Below are positions 9,176-19,895 of a stretch of 64,000 nt of DNA, piece after piece. The stretch comes from a virus. The position numbers were made by a program, and so were the translations under genes. The stretch lies in the IMG/VR virus record IMGVR_UViG_3300020048_003650, positions 32,001 through 96,000 of that record. One strand, 5' to 3'. A model generated the notes under the pieces. The model was not told the origin of the DNA, ran no database searches, and worked only from the letters and a program-made list of their open reading frames with translations. Each line of letters opens with the position of its first letter. Position 1 is the stretch's first letter.

Positions 9176-9919
9176 CTACGCTGAGTTTGATTTCTTCTTT
9201 CTGTGATCGCTTCTCTTAGTATTTCCCTCTTGGGACTTTCCTATATTATTACGATGTTCATCTGTAAACTTTAGTCGTCCTCTACTCCAAGTGTCATCTG
9301 GTGGATTGAACGCCATACAACTCTTAATGCCATTATTCCACCAAGTTTTACCACGAACATTCGTATTTCCTCGTTGAGCATCTGCTGATCGTCTAACCGC
9401 ATCTTCTGATTTTTTCTTGCCTTGTCTTGCCTTGACACTATTAGCGACTGCTTCTGCTGATGGAGCACGCCCGCTATTAGATTTACCAATTCTTTTTTTC
9501 TTTTCTTCTGAACAAGGTCTTTGATTTAAAATAGACATTGTTCCCGACCACAGTTCTTTTGCCAATTGATATTCTTCTGGTGACATCTCAAGTCGTTGCA
9601 TATTCTCGTCATAAGCAGACGCCATCTTCCAATAAGCACAAACCATCTTGTGATAATTTGAACCCGAGGTCATCTCAATAAGTAGTTTGTGACAACGAAG
9701 GTGTTCAGCCGCTGTAAGTAGTATTAGATTCCACTTTTCTTTTTTGTATTGTGGAAATAATGATTTCGGTAAAGCATGATGAGTTTCATAATAGGAATAA
9801 TTTGGATTATTCTTTCTTAGTTTTTTTCTTGATTGTGTTCGTGCATATTCGAGTATTGAATAGTATTCTGATGTTGCACTATTATCAGTGAACGCTTCGT
9901 CGTGTGAATAAATATTCAT
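9176..9919 (-). mobile_element. Free-standing HNH homing endonuclease with NUMOD3-like repeats
   Basis: ETHHALPKS...NLILLTAAEHLRCHKLL; SEEKKKRIGKSN and TDEHRNNIGKSQ repeats; likely start ATG 9919 with AAGGAG. Confidence 0.8.
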
Positions 9920-9975
9920 GTTGATGCTCCTTACAGCATTAAAGTGAGTGGGGATTCCAGTCCCGCGACTCACAA

Positions 9976-10269
9976 CTATTTATCTTTATCTACATCATTG
10001 ATATGTTTTTCGGATTCAACTCGTTCGTACTCTATCGTTTTTCCTCTCAGATGCAGTACAGTATTGACTTTTTGATTTAATCGTAGTAAATCATTATCAA
10101 GACATCTTACCCTATCAATCAGTGCGATCAGTACGGTGTTTGCTTCATTGATAACCGGCTTGATTTCTTTTGTAGCCCATGTGAATACATACTTGATCAT
10201 CATGCCCATGCCAACCGCCGCTACAATCGGAAATCCATACTTGTTGATTGCGTCAATAATTTCAGTCAT
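9976..10269 (-). CDS. Small single-TM protein (GFPI motif)
   Basis: INKYGFPIVAAVGMG then coiled coil; paralog of next gene. Confidence 0.65.
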   Translation of the reverse strand: MTEIIDAINKYGFPIVAAVGMGMMIKYVFTWATKEIKPVINEANTVLIALIDRVRCLDNDLLRLNQKVNTVLHLRGKTIEYERVESEKHINDVDKDK

Positions 10270-10280
10270 GTTGTTTCCTC

Positions 10281-10562
10281 TTAATCTTTTCTACAATCTG
10301 ATTTGCCATCAGCACGAGCAATTCTATCAGTATCTGGTTTTAATCCTAGAGCATTACTTATTTGCATGTCTACTCGAATCACTTCATGATTCATGGTCTT
10401 AACACGATTATCAAGTGCTATGATGATTCCCATCATTCCTTTAACCGATGATAGTACACCAGCAAGTAGTAGCTTTATCGTTAGAAACATAAAGTAACCG
10501 CCGGCAATTGCCGCAGCAATCGGGAACCCCAAATCTGAGATTAGTTTAAAAATTTCATTCAT
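10281..10562 (-). CDS. Small single-TM protein (GFPI motif)
   Basis: ISDLGFPIAAAIAGG; likely start 10562; GATAAATA upstream. Confidence 0.65.
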   Translation of the reverse strand: MNEIFKLISDLGFPIAAAIAGGYFMFLTIKLLLAGVLSSVKGMMGIIIALDNRVKTMNHEVIRVDMQISNALGLKPDTDRIARADGKSDCRKD

Positions 10563-10678
10563 GGTTAAACCTTTATTTTTATTATTGTAACAGTATTTAT
10601 CTGAGATATCGTCCAAAATAGTTGTTTTAAATGTGTAAATATAGTAGTATAAGTAAAGTTGCAACCAGGAGAATCACA

Positions 10679-11116
10679 ATGAGTAATAAAAAAATTCCGG
10701 TAATTGATATTATGGATTTCGAGGGTGTTACTATTGATGCTGCCAAATGGAATAGCGGAGTCTATACAGTGATGTTTAACTTTTGGAAAAACATTGATTT
10801 AGAAACCGTTAAGAAATTAAAAGCAGAATCTTCAGATGATGGTATGATATTATGTACTCATATCGAGTGTAGTACCTTACAGGAATGTTGGTCGAAAATT
10901 CATTTGGTGTTAAAAAGTCAAATTTTTGACGGCACAAATATTTTTCTTTATGGAAATTTATGGACCGAAGACGGTGAATTATTGCACGATATTGATTGGA
11001 TGGATTATTGTGATAATGAAACCGCTGATAGATTATTATCCGAAACCGTAATGGAAGAAGAACTATTAAAATACTCACTAATCAACATTCATCCAGCATC
11101 GTCTACGGTACATTAA
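10679..11116 (+). CDS. Hypothetical acidic protein
   Basis: AGGAG SD before ATG 10679. Confidence 0.6.
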   Translation: MSNKKIPVIDIMDFEGVTIDAAKWNSGVYTVMFNFWKNIDLETVKKLKAESSDDGMILCTHIECSTLQECWSKIHLVLKSQIFDGTNIFLYGNLWTEDGELLHDIDWMDYCDNETADRLLSETVMEEELLKYSLINIHPASSTVH

Positions 11117-11227
11117 ATTTTACCAACAATATTTTACTACTAAATAGTAGTCATTAGTCCAATATGATTGACTATTAATAAAATATCTGTCATAATGTAC
11201 TATAGTATTTTTAAACAAGGAGAAGTA

Positions 11228-12391
11228 ATGAAACTTAATAAACTATCGGCTGCTGTACTGGCCACAATGGCTCTGGGTACTACAGCTCAAGCACAATCGT
11301 CTGTTACTCTGTATGGCATCTTAGATGGCGGATTACGTTATCAAAGCGCCAGTGTACAGGGTCAATCAGCATCAAACTTCGGTGCTGCCTACGGTGTTCA
11401 GAGTGGCAACCGTTTTGGTCTACGTGGAGTCGAAGACATTGGCGGCGGAAATCGTGTTACTTTCGTCTTGGAAAGCGGATTTGACTTAGGCAATGGCACA
11501 ACAGGTCAGGCTAATAGACTTTTCGGTCGTCAGGCTTACTTGGGCGTTGAGAATGATTCCTGGGGTCTGGCACGTATTGGTCGTCAATACAACTTTGCCT
11601 CTGATTACTTTGGCGCTATCGACCCGTTTAGTCAGGGATTCGGTCAGGCCAACATCGGTGCAGCATTCGGCGCAGCAAACACGCTCCGTATGAGCAATGC
11701 TATCAAGTATCAGTCACCTACAATGTCTGGATTTAAAGTTGGTGCAGCCTATTCATTTGCTAACGGCATGACTAATACTGCTATCAATAATAGTACTGTG
11801 GCAGCAGGCTCGTCTGGTTACAACTTTGAAACTAACAACAACGTTCGTCAGTTGTCATTGGGTACTAACTATTCCAATGGTCCTGTCTATGTTGCACTGT
11901 CATATGATAAAATCTACGCTCCCTCTAACTCTATCAGTGACAGTAATCCAAGTTCATGGAACCTTGGCGGAGCATACGATCTGAAAGTTGCTAAACTATC
12001 AGCAGCCTACGGTCAGACACGTGGTGGTTACATCCTGGGTCAGGGTAACGGCGCTACAGGTGCTGGTGTCAATCTTAACGGTAACCCAGCCAATGCTAAC
12101 GGCGATGTAATCTTTGATCAGAACATGGGATACAACAGTTATCTGTTGGGTGCTACTGTTCCAGTCAACACTGTAAGTCGTGTAATGTTGTCATGGACAC
12201 TGTTGACTCCTAACACCAATATGAAAGACGTTTACAATGCCCAGAATCAGTCAACATACAGTTTGGGTTATTCATATGACTTTACTCGCAGAACCAACGC
12301 GTATGCTTATGTGTCATACATGGACAACCTAGCAACAGTCGACACTGCTAAGAGCACCGTACTTGGTGTGGGTGTCAGACACCAATTTTGA
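11228..12391 (+). CDS. Gram-negative trimeric porin (betaproteobacterial type)
   Basis: AQAQSSVTLYGILD, RFGLRGVEDIG, LFGRQAYLG, C-terminal GVRHQF. Confidence 0.93.
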   Translation: MKLNKLSAAVLATMALGTTAQAQSSVTLYGILDGGLRYQSASVQGQSASNFGAAYGVQSGNRFGLRGVEDIGGGNRVTFVLESGFDLGNGTTGQANRLFGRQAYLGVENDSWGLARIGRQYNFASDYFGAIDPFSQGFGQANIGAAFGAANTLRMSNAIKYQSPTMSGFKVGAAYSFANGMTNTAINNSTVAAGSSGYNFETNNNVRQLSLGTNYSNGPVYVALSYDKIYAPSNSISDSNPSSWNLGGAYDLKVAKLSAAYGQTRGGYILGQGNGATGAGVNLNGNPANANGDVIFDQNMGYNSYLLGATVPVNTVSRVMLSWTLLTPNTNMKDVYNAQNQSTYSLGYSYDFTRRTNAYAYVSYMDNLATVDTAKSTVLGVGVRHQF

Positions 12392-12406
12392 TTGGTGAGT
12401 TCTAAT

Positions 12407-12432
12407 AATAAAGGCACCTAGGTGCCTTTATT
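12407..12432. terminator. Palindromic intrinsic terminator
   Basis: aataaaggcacc-ta-ggtgcctttatt. Confidence 0.8.
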
Positions 12433-12479
12433 TTATCTATTTGTGATGCTTAAGTAAATAGATTATTAAAGGAGATTTA

Positions 12480-13028
12480 ATGAAAGCATTATTAGCAGTC
12501 ATGTTATCCGCTGTTACATTTCTGGCAGTTGCTCAAGGCACTCCAGGTTATGTAACAGACGGTTCTGGACAAATCGTTAAGACAGGTTCTGGACTTTGTT
12601 TACACACTGGTACTTGGACCACCGCCGATGCAGTTCGCGGTTGTGATCCTGTTCCAGAACGTGCTCCAGTATCCATCGGTGGCGATGTGTTGTTTGAGTT
12701 TGACTCAGCGGCACTGACCGTATCTGGCAGGGCAGCACTAGATCGATTAGTGCCAACCGTTGTACCAGGTAGTACAGTTACCGTAGTAGGTCATACTGAC
12801 AGTATTGGCACTGCCCAGTACAATCTTAAATTGAGTCAAGAACGTGCTGGCGCTGTGGGAGATTATCTCAATGCTAAATCTGGATTTAAGTCCAAGTTTA
12901 TCGTACAAGGCGTTGGAGCAACTCAGCCAACTGAAGGTACTAAGTTGTGTACTGGCATGCGTAACTTCGAACGATATAAGGCTTGTTTAGCACCCGATCG
13001 TAGGGTAGTTATTACAGTCATCAAGTAA
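12480..13028 (+). CDS. ompA: OmpA-family peptidoglycan-binding protein
   Basis: Signal peptide; G.C..TG.W motif; VLFEFDS, GHTDSIG..YN..LS..RA, DRRV. Confidence 0.88.
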   Translation: MKALLAVMLSAVTFLAVAQGTPGYVTDGSGQIVKTGSGLCLHTGTWTTADAVRGCDPVPERAPVSIGGDVLFEFDSAALTVSGRAALDRLVPTVVPGSTVTVVGHTDSIGTAQYNLKLSQERAGAVGDYLNAKSGFKSKFIVQGVGATQPTEGTKLCTGMRNFERYKACLAPDRRVVITVIK

Positions 13029-13058
13029 TAAAAATGCCTCTTCGGAGGCATTTTTATT
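13027..13058. terminator. Bidirectional terminator between convergent genes
   Basis: aataaaaatgcctc-ttcg-gaggcatttttatt. Confidence 0.9.
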
Positions 13059-13068
13059 GTCCGTCTAC

Positions 13069-16000
13069 TTATCCCTTGATAATCAATTTAGTTGCCGCAA
13101 CTGCTGTACCGGCAAATACTGATGGAGTTCCTGGAGTCAGATTCAGAGTTCCGTCAGTCTGTACATAGTAGGACTGACCTGGTGCGAGTCCGCTCTGAGC
13201 ATCGTTCACCGAGCTCACAATCTGTACGTTAGCAGTATCACCGTTGCTGTAGTCTCCGACGTTGATGCCAATGTAGTTTTCTGCGGTTAGGTTTGTCCAT
13301 GCCAGTCTTAGAACATAAGCCCTGCCCACGGTGTCTGAAGATGCCAGTACTACGTTGCGTAGAGGACCATCATCAGTGTAGGTTGCTGCTGTGTAGGTTG
13401 AAGAATTACTATTGTACACCACTGGTGTGTTAAACAAAATTGAGGTGCCGGAAATCTGTCCAGCCACATAGGTTCCTCGATTTGAATTACCAACATTTGA
13501 ATAAGCAATTACTACTCGATCCGCGGCAATATTATAGGTGGCCGATGTGTACCGTACCCATGCACTTTGAAATACCGCCGCTGTTCCAAAAGAGATTGTA
13601 AGATCAGATACTGTGGCCACGATAGCGGTTCCAAAATTACTAGACCCTTGATTACTGTATGCGAATACAACTTTGAAAGAATTTGAATCATAACAAGAAG
13701 AAACATTATCACAGAAGCTGGTGGTGTATTGCACTGGGGTTCCAAGAGTCACTGAACCGGTTGAGCCTGATCCTGTTAATCTTCCCACTATAGCCCAGTT
13801 ACGATTGCTGGCTGGAGTGCCGGCGACTCGCAAAAATCCAATCACAAGTCTATCCTGTTGTGTGTGATAACAGGCTGTTAAGGCATTAGTGTCACCAAAG
13901 TCTGCGTTTTCAAATACCACTGATGTACCAAATACAAATTGAGTATCAACAATTTGAGCTGTGCGTACACGTCCAATGACCGAAGCGCCTCGGTTACGCC
14001 AGACAATTGCAACAGTGTCGGCATCACCGGTTGTTTTTGCTACAACACTAATATTATCGGATCCTGCGACAGTGTCAGAAGTATCAAAGAACTCACTATC
14101 ATTCTGAGTTATCGAGTTGTCAGATACTGTAAACAAATTTACAGTTCCGCGGCCACCGCTCAGTCCGTCGCTGCGATAGGCAACTACAATTTTTTGTGGA
14201 CCAGGAACATAAGTTATCGATATGTAGGATGCGCCGAAGTCGGCAAATACCAACGGTGTTCCAAAAGTAATTGTTGGTGGTAATACGGGGCCGCCCGAAG
14301 AAATAGTACCCACTATTATAGTTCCTCTATTCGAGTTGCCGACATCTCTATATGCAATCACCACTCGATTATTCACTGGGTCATAGGTCGCGGCCGAATA
14401 ACTGGTTTCTGAACCGTCATATGTAACAGCAGAACCAATGGCCGTGATGGCGGATCCACTCACTACGCTGACCGTGCCATCTGCGTTTACAATCACCTTG
14501 TCACCGTTTTCCATTAAACCGTAGGCAATATCAAAGGTATTCAGAGTATTGGCTACGGCCTGCAGTGTGCCGCCACCGCCGCCAGTTGCCGGAGTTGTAA
14601 AACTCAGAGTTCCTGAACCGTTTGTAGTTAGTACTTGACCTGTAATTCCACCTGTTATCTTGACGTTACCAATCGGACCCAATGATACGTTAGAACTGCC
14701 AATAAAGTCGATGACGCCATTCGCTGTTAAGTTACCGGTAGTCACGTTGGTGAGTGCAGCGTTTCCGGCGCTGAATCCACCTGTACTGTTGCGTTGAACT
14801 AGTGTATTAGCTGTGTTTGCTGTATCAGGTGCAAATCCTTGTACTGTATTGGCATTAAGATTGGCCACCAAAGTGGTTGATGAAATCTTCAGTGGTGCAG
14901 TACCGGTGGCTACTGGTATGTCTAGCTGACCCAGTGTGTTAAAAGTTACACGGGTGTAGGCAGATGTGTTAGATACGTTGCTGATGTTGCCACTGGTAAA
15001 TTGTAAATTACCGCCGGTATTGGTGAAATTATCAGGACTTTCAAATATTTGCCAGAGATTTCCACCGAGCCAACCTATACCTTCACTCGAACCAGGATCT
15101 GCTATAGTTATATGGTTGACATTGGCAATGCTACGGCCGCCCATGTTAAGAGAACCACCTGAGATGGTCATACCGTTAGTAGCTGTAACAAGAGCAGTAG
15201 AGATATTACCACTTGTAGTGTTACCAGTTACTGCCAATGAACTAAGAGTGCCAACTGATGTAATGTTAGATTGTGCTGCTGTTGTAACTGTGCCTGCCGT
15301 AGTGGCAGCGGCAACAGTACCTGTAACATTTGCACCTGTTAGTGATGTCAGTGCTGCCCCATTACCTGTTACCGTAGTAAATGCACCAGTCGAGCCACTT
15401 ACATTACCAGATGTGATGTTGCCAGTTACCGCTAATGATGTTAAGATGCCAACAGAAGTGATGTTAGGTTGTGTTACGGTTGTTAGTGTTCCACCTAGTC
15501 TAGTAGCGTTTACGTTAGCTACGTTTATATTTCCAGTAACATTTAATGCAGCCAGTGTGCCTACGGATGTGATGTTAGGTTGTGCCGCGGTTGTAACAGT
15601 ACCAGCGGTAGTGGCTGAGGCAACAGTACCAGTAACATTAGCGCCTGTTAGTGATGTCAGTGCTGCGCCATTACCTGTTACAGTAGTAAATGCACCGGTC
15701 GCGCCGCTTACATTACCTGTTGCTATTACTTGACCATTTGCTGTGATGTTGCCAATGGCATTTATTGCTCCGGATTCAATGTTACCACCAGTGGTGATAT
15801 CGGTGCCAACTGAGAGGTAGCCATTAGTTTGTAAAAAGTTAGTGGCTACCACAGCGGTTGTAATAATATTACCGGCACTGAATCCACCTGTACTGCTGCG
15901 CTGAACTAGAGTATTGGCTGTGTTTGCTGTAGCAGGTGCAAATCCTTGTACTGTGTTGGCATTGAGATTGGCAACCAAGGTGTTACTGGCTACCAAGAAC

Positions 16001-18600
16001 GGTGCAATACCAGTCACTGGAACAGATATTTGTCCAAGAGTGTTGAATGTTACTCGTGTGTAGGCAGAAGTATTAGATACATTGCTGATGTTGCCTGACG
16101 TAAATTGTAAATTACCACCCGTGTTGGTGAAACTATCAGGGCTTTCAAATATCTGCCAGAGATTTCCACCAAGCCAATTAATACCTTCACTTGGACCAGG
16201 ATCTGCTACGGTTATGCCATTGACATTAGCGATAGTGCGACCACTCATGTTAAGAGTGCCGCCTGTGATGGTCATGCCGTTAGAAGCGGTAACGAGAGCA
16301 GTAGAGATATTACCTGTTGTGGCATTGCCAGTTACCGCTAATGATGTTAGGGTGCCAACTGATGTGATGTTAGGTTGTGCTGCTGTTGTGACTGTTCCGG
16401 CAGTTGTAGCGGATCCTGCGGTTGTTGCTGATCCTGCAGTTGTAGCGGATCCTGCGGTTGTTGCTGAGCCAACTGTTCCCGATACGTTACCGCCCTGAAT
16501 ATTTGATAGATTACCTCCCTCACCTACGAAATGTGCCGCTGTTGAGTTGCCGGTTGTTGTGAAGTTAGGTGCCTGGAATAGTAGTGATGAGTTCCATGAG
16601 TTAGAGGCTTCAAGAAAAGTCAGGCTGCCTATTGTCGGACTTGTATTTCCTACGAATAATCCTCCGCCATTTGCTGTTAGTGCGTTAGCGCCACTAGCAA
16701 TAACGATAGTAGCGTTGGCTATGTCTAAATTACTTACGTTAGAAGTTGTTGTTGTGCCAGTAACGGTCAAATTACCTACGTTGATATTTCCGAATAGAGA
16801 ATTTCCTGTTACTTCTAGATTGATTAATGTTCCTACTGATGTGATATTAGGCTGTGCTGCTTCATAAACCGTGCCAGATACCAGTGCATTTGCAACTTGA
16901 CCCGTAACGTTAGCACCTGCTACACCATTAGCCGTTGCTGCAAAGGCAACTTCACCACTTACATCGGCACCTGCTACACTGTTAGCAACCGCCGCAAAGG
17001 CAACTTCACCGGTTACATTGGCACCTGCTACACTATTAGCCGTTGCTGCAAAGGCGACTTCACCGGTTACATTGGCACCTGCTACGCTATTAGCCGTTGC
17101 TGCAAAATCTACTTCACCCGTGACGTTAACACCGGCTACTGAATCAGCCAATAGAGCGCTTCCAGATGTTGTTGCAAAAGCGGCATTTGCTACTTCACCC
17201 GTGACATTAGCACCGGCAACTGAATCTGCAGTTGTAGCACTAGCCGCTGTTGTTGCAAACGTGGCATTTGCTACCTCGCCAACGACATTAGCGCCAGCAA
17301 CACCGTTAGCTGTTGCCGCAAAGGTCACTTGACCAGTAACGTTAGCACCTGCTACACCGTTAGCTGTTGCCGCAAAGGCCACTTGACCAGTAACGTTGGC
17401 ACCTGCTACTGAATCGGCCGTTGTAGCGCCAGCCGCTGTTGTTGCAAAAGTAGCGTTTGCTACAGTTCCAACTACATTAGCACCTGCTACACTATTAGCA
17501 ATTGATGCAAAGACCACTTCACCGATTACGTTAGCACCTGCTACACTATTGGCCGTTGCTGCAAAGGCAACTTCACCTGTTACGTTAGCACCGGCTACTG
17601 AATCAGCCGCGCCCGCTGTTGTTGCAAAAGTGGCGTTTGCTACTTCACCCGTGACATTAGCGCCTGCTACACCGTTGGCCGTTGCTGCAAAGGCAACTTC
17701 ACCTGTGACATTAGCACCGGCTACTGAATCAGCCGCACCTGCTGTTGTTGCAAAAGCGGCATTTGCTACTTCACCGACGACGTTAGCACCCTGAATATTA
17801 GATAGTTCACCGCCGTCACCTATAAAAAAGCTACCAGAGCCTAGTGTGATGTTGCCAGTAACATCTAGTGTTGTGAGAGTACCCACAGATGTGATGTTAG
17901 ACTGTGTATTGGCGTAAACTGTACCAGATACCAGAGCATTTGCTACTTGACCAGTAACGTTAGCGCCAGCGATGTTTGACAATCCAACGCCGTTACCAGT
18001 GATTGTGCCTGACAGAGTGATGTTAGTAACGTTACCCAAGTTGCCTGTATATGTAGGTAGAAAAAGAGCCACGTCTCCATTGCCGTATCCGCCACCACCA
18101 CCGCTGATGTTTGATATCAATCCGCCGTCGCCAATAAAAAAGTATCCCGTGTTCGCAACGACGTTGCCATCTGATGTCAGCCCACCAACTTCGATTGTTC
18201 CTGTAGTTACAATATTTGAGTTACCGCCACTTACTAATAGTGGTTCACCAGCGAATGTCAGTGTATCGTTGATTGCTGATAGCGGCACTGAGTTAAAGTA
18301 AATAGTTGCGTTAGATACCCACAGGTCTCGCCACTGATTTGTAATATTACCCAATGAGTTAACTGCATTACCATCTGGAATAATATTGCCAACTTGACCG
18401 TTTGCCAAGAAAGCGTTTGCGTTTGCGTTTGTGTAAGAACTACCGTTGCCGCCAGATACTGGTAACAATGTGCCCGTAGAATCGCCTACCCAAACCGAAT
18501 AGGTATCCAAATCTATGACGATTTCTCCGTTGCGGGCTTGCCCGTCATATTGTGCTAAACTTAAACTAGTGTATTTATTATCGTCGCGTCTGATAGCCAT
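13069..18600 (-). CDS. Long repeat-rich virion fibre/adhesin (1843 aa)
   Basis: G/N/T/A rich; AQPNITSVGTL and VAGANVTGEV repeats; C-terminal beta-propeller-like repeats; GATAAATA upstream. Confidence 0.75.
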   Translation of the reverse strand: MAIRRDDNKYTSLSLAQYDGQARNGEIVIDLDTYSVWVGDSTGTLLPVSGGNGSSYTNANANAFLANGQVGNIIPDGNAVNSLGNITNQWRDLWVSNATIYFNSVPLSAINDTLTFAGEPLLVSGGNSNIVTTGTIEVGGLTSDGNVVANTGYFFIGDGGLISNISGGGGGYGNGDVALFLPTYTGNLGNVTNITLSGTITGNGVGLSNIAGANVTGQVANALVSGTVYANTQSNITSVGTLTTLDVTGNITLGSGSFFIGDGGELSNIQGANVVGEVANAAFATTAGAADSVAGANVTGEVAFAATANGVAGANVTGEVANATFATTAGAADSVAGANVTGEVAFAATANSVAGANVIGEVVFASIANSVAGANVVGTVANATFATTAAGATTADSVAGANVTGQVAFAATANGVAGANVTGQVTFAATANGVAGANVVGEVANATFATTAASATTADSVAGANVTGEVANAAFATTSGSALLADSVAGVNVTGEVDFAATANSVAGANVTGEVAFAATANSVAGANVTGEVAFAAVANSVAGADVSGEVAFAATANGVAGANVTGQVANALVSGTVYEAAQPNITSVGTLINLEVTGNSLFGNINVGNLTVTGTTTTSNVSNLDIANATIVIASGANALTANGGGLFVGNTSPTIGSLTFLEASNSWNSSLLFQAPNFTTTGNSTAAHFVGEGGNLSNIQGGNVSGTVGSATTAGSATTAGSATTAGSATTAGTVTTAAQPNITSVGTLTSLAVTGNATTGNISTALVTASNGMTITGGTLNMSGRTIANVNGITVADPGPSEGINWLGGNLWQIFESPDSFTNTGGNLQFTSGNISNVSNTSAYTRVTFNTLGQISVPVTGIAPFLVASNTLVANLNANTVQGFAPATANTANTLVQRSSTGGFSAGNIITTAVVATNFLQTNGYLSVGTDITTGGNIESGAINAIGNITANGQVIATGNVSGATGAFTTVTGNGAALTSLTGANVTGTVASATTAGTVTTAAQPNITSVGTLAALNVTGNINVANVNATRLGGTLTTVTQPNITSVGILTSLAVTGNITSGNVSGSTGAFTTVTGNGAALTSLTGANVTGTVAAATTAGTVTTAAQSNITSVGTLSSLAVTGNTTSGNISTALVTATNGMTISGGSLNMGGRSIANVNHITIADPGSSEGIGWLGGNLWQIFESPDNFTNTGGNLQFTSGNISNVSNTSAYTRVTFNTLGQLDIPVATGTAPLKISSTTLVANLNANTVQGFAPDTANTANTLVQRNSTGGFSAGNAALTNVTTGNLTANGVIDFIGSSNVSLGPIGNVKITGGITGQVLTTNGSGTLSFTTPATGGGGGTLQAVANTLNTFDIAYGLMENGDKVIVNADGTVSVVSGSAITAIGSAVTYDGSETSYSAATYDPVNNRVVIAYRDVGNSNRGTIIVGTISSGGPVLPPTITFGTPLVFADFGASYISITYVPGPQKIVVAYRSDGLSGGRGTVNLFTVSDNSITQNDSEFFDTSDTVAGSDNISVVAKTTGDADTVAIVWRNRGASVIGRVRTAQIVDTQFVFGTSVVFENADFGDTNALTACYHTQQDRLVIGFLRVAGTPASNRNWAIVGRLTGSGSTGSVTLGTPVQYTTSFCDNVSSCYDSNSFKVVFAYSNQGSSNFGTAIVATVSDLTISFGTAAVFQSAWVRYTSATYNIAADRVVIAYSNVGNSNRGTYVAGQISGTSILFNTPVVYNSNSSTYTAATYTDDGPLRNVVLASSDTVGRAYVLRLAWTNLTAENYIGINVGDYSNGDTANVQIVSSVNDAQSGLAPGQSYYVQTDGTLNLTPGTPSVFAGTAVAATKLIIKG
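14761..16405 (-). repeat. Internal duplication of about 180 aa (about 14761-15303 and 15868-16405)
   Basis: WLGGNLWQIFESPD.FTNTGGNLQFTSGNISNVSNTSAYTRVTFNTLGQ occurs twice. Confidence 0.9.
16890..17790 (-). repeat. Tandem coding repeats VAGANVTGEVAFAATANS (about 18-27 aa units)
   Basis: More than a dozen imperfect copies in the translation. Confidence 0.9.
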
Positions 18601-18817
18601 GATGTTGAGTATTCCTTATCATTGTATTTATCTCAAATATTAACAAAACTATCCTTGAGATAGTGCATATTTTAATTATTTACAAGCTGCCTACAGAACA
18701 GTTTTAGTTTCTAGCTAATTTTACTATTAGAAAATACAATCGAAAATCTATGAAAAACGCTTGACTAATAGAGTAAATAAAAGTATAATATTATCTACAT
18801 TACACAAGGAGATTTAA

Positions 18818-19258
18818 ATGTCAGACAATTTAAAAGGCACTAAAACAGAACAATGTTTGAAAGATGCATTTGCAGGTGAATCAAAAGCCAACCGTCGCTA
18901 TTTGTATTTTGCAAACATGGCCGATATTGCAGGAGCACAAGATGTTGCATCAGTATTTCGTCACACAGCCGAAGGCGAGACCGGACACGCACATGGTCAT
19001 ATGGAATTCTTAATTGGCGGTGGTTCTGGTGATCCAGAAACTGGCTTGCCTGCAGGTAATGTGGAGGAAGCACTGGAGAGTTCAATCCACGGCGAAACAC
19101 ACGAGTATACCGATATGTATCCTGGCATGGCCAAGACTGCCCGTGATGAAGGCTTTGATGAAATTGCTGATTGGTTTGAAACTTTGGCAAAAGCCGAGCG
19201 TTCACACGCTGGTAAGTTTACTCGCACATTAGCAGCATACAAAGCAGACCAGCAGTAA
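18818..19258 (+). CDS. Rubrerythrin (short form)
   Basis: [46 protein letters not shown]; TTGACT-N17-TATAAT upstream. Confidence 0.93.
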   Translation: MSDNLKGTKTEQCLKDAFAGESKANRRYLYFANMADIAGAQDVASVFRHTAEGETGHAHGHMEFLIGGGSGDPETGLPAGNVEEALESSIHGETHEYTDMYPGMAKTARDEGFDEIADWFETLAKAERSHAGKFTRTLAAYKADQQ

Positions 19259-19350
19259 TTATATTTTAAATATTGCCAAAATTAGAAAAGGGTCTTGACG
19301 ATCCTTTTCTATTATGTTATAATATAGTTATTAAAGTTTAAAGGAATACT

Positions 19351-19770
19351 ATGTTAGAATGTTTAATTTTAGGCGATTCAATCGCGGTTGGAACACATCA
19401 ATTTTATCAAGAATGTCAGTTAGTTGGCAAAGGTGGAATCAATACCTGGCAATGGAATCAAATGTATCCAAAGGCAGATCTTACTGCCGGTACTGTGATT
19501 ATCAGTCTTGCTACCAATGATCACAAATACATCAAAACCGAAGCCGAACTCATTAAAATGCGTGAACGTGTTAAAAGTTCCAGAGTATTTTGGGTATTAC
19601 CAGCAGGAAACTTAAAGGGTAGTGAAGTGCCAATCGAAACTATTCAAGGATATGTTCGTCGGGTAGCAGCACAATACGGTGATACAGTATTGCCAATTCG
19701 AGGCCTACAACGGGATGGAATTCATCCCAGCTGGAGTGGATATCGAGATATTATAGAAAGAACACGATGA
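19351..19770 (+). CDS. SGNH/GDSL hydrolase
   Basis: ILGDSIA, LATND, DGIHP. Confidence 0.8.
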   Translation: MLECLILGDSIAVGTHQFYQECQLVGKGGINTWQWNQMYPKADLTAGTVIISLATNDHKYIKTEAELIKMRERVKSSRVFWVLPAGNLKGSEVPIETIQGYVRRVAAQYGDTVLPIRGLQRDGIHPSWSGYRDIIERTR

Positions 19771-19810
19771 TATCAAAATAATTTAATTAATAAATTTTTA
19801 AGTTGATTTT

Positions 19811-19895
19811 AGTGTTGTAAAAATACAACACTATCGATTTGACAACAAATCAGATATGTGGTATAATACACCATACACTCGAAAAAGGAAGAAAC
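19811..19895 (+). promoter_or_regulatory. Stem-loop plus early promoter cassette 1
   Basis: agtgttgta-aaaa-tacaacact; TTGACA(19839)-N17-TATAAT(19862); conserved leader acaccatacact. Confidence 0.9.

Noticed and set aside
13939-18301. Long plus-strand ORFs opposite the fibre gene
   Set aside because: Antisense shadows of repetitive codons (V/A/P/T-rich mirror); no SD or promoter.
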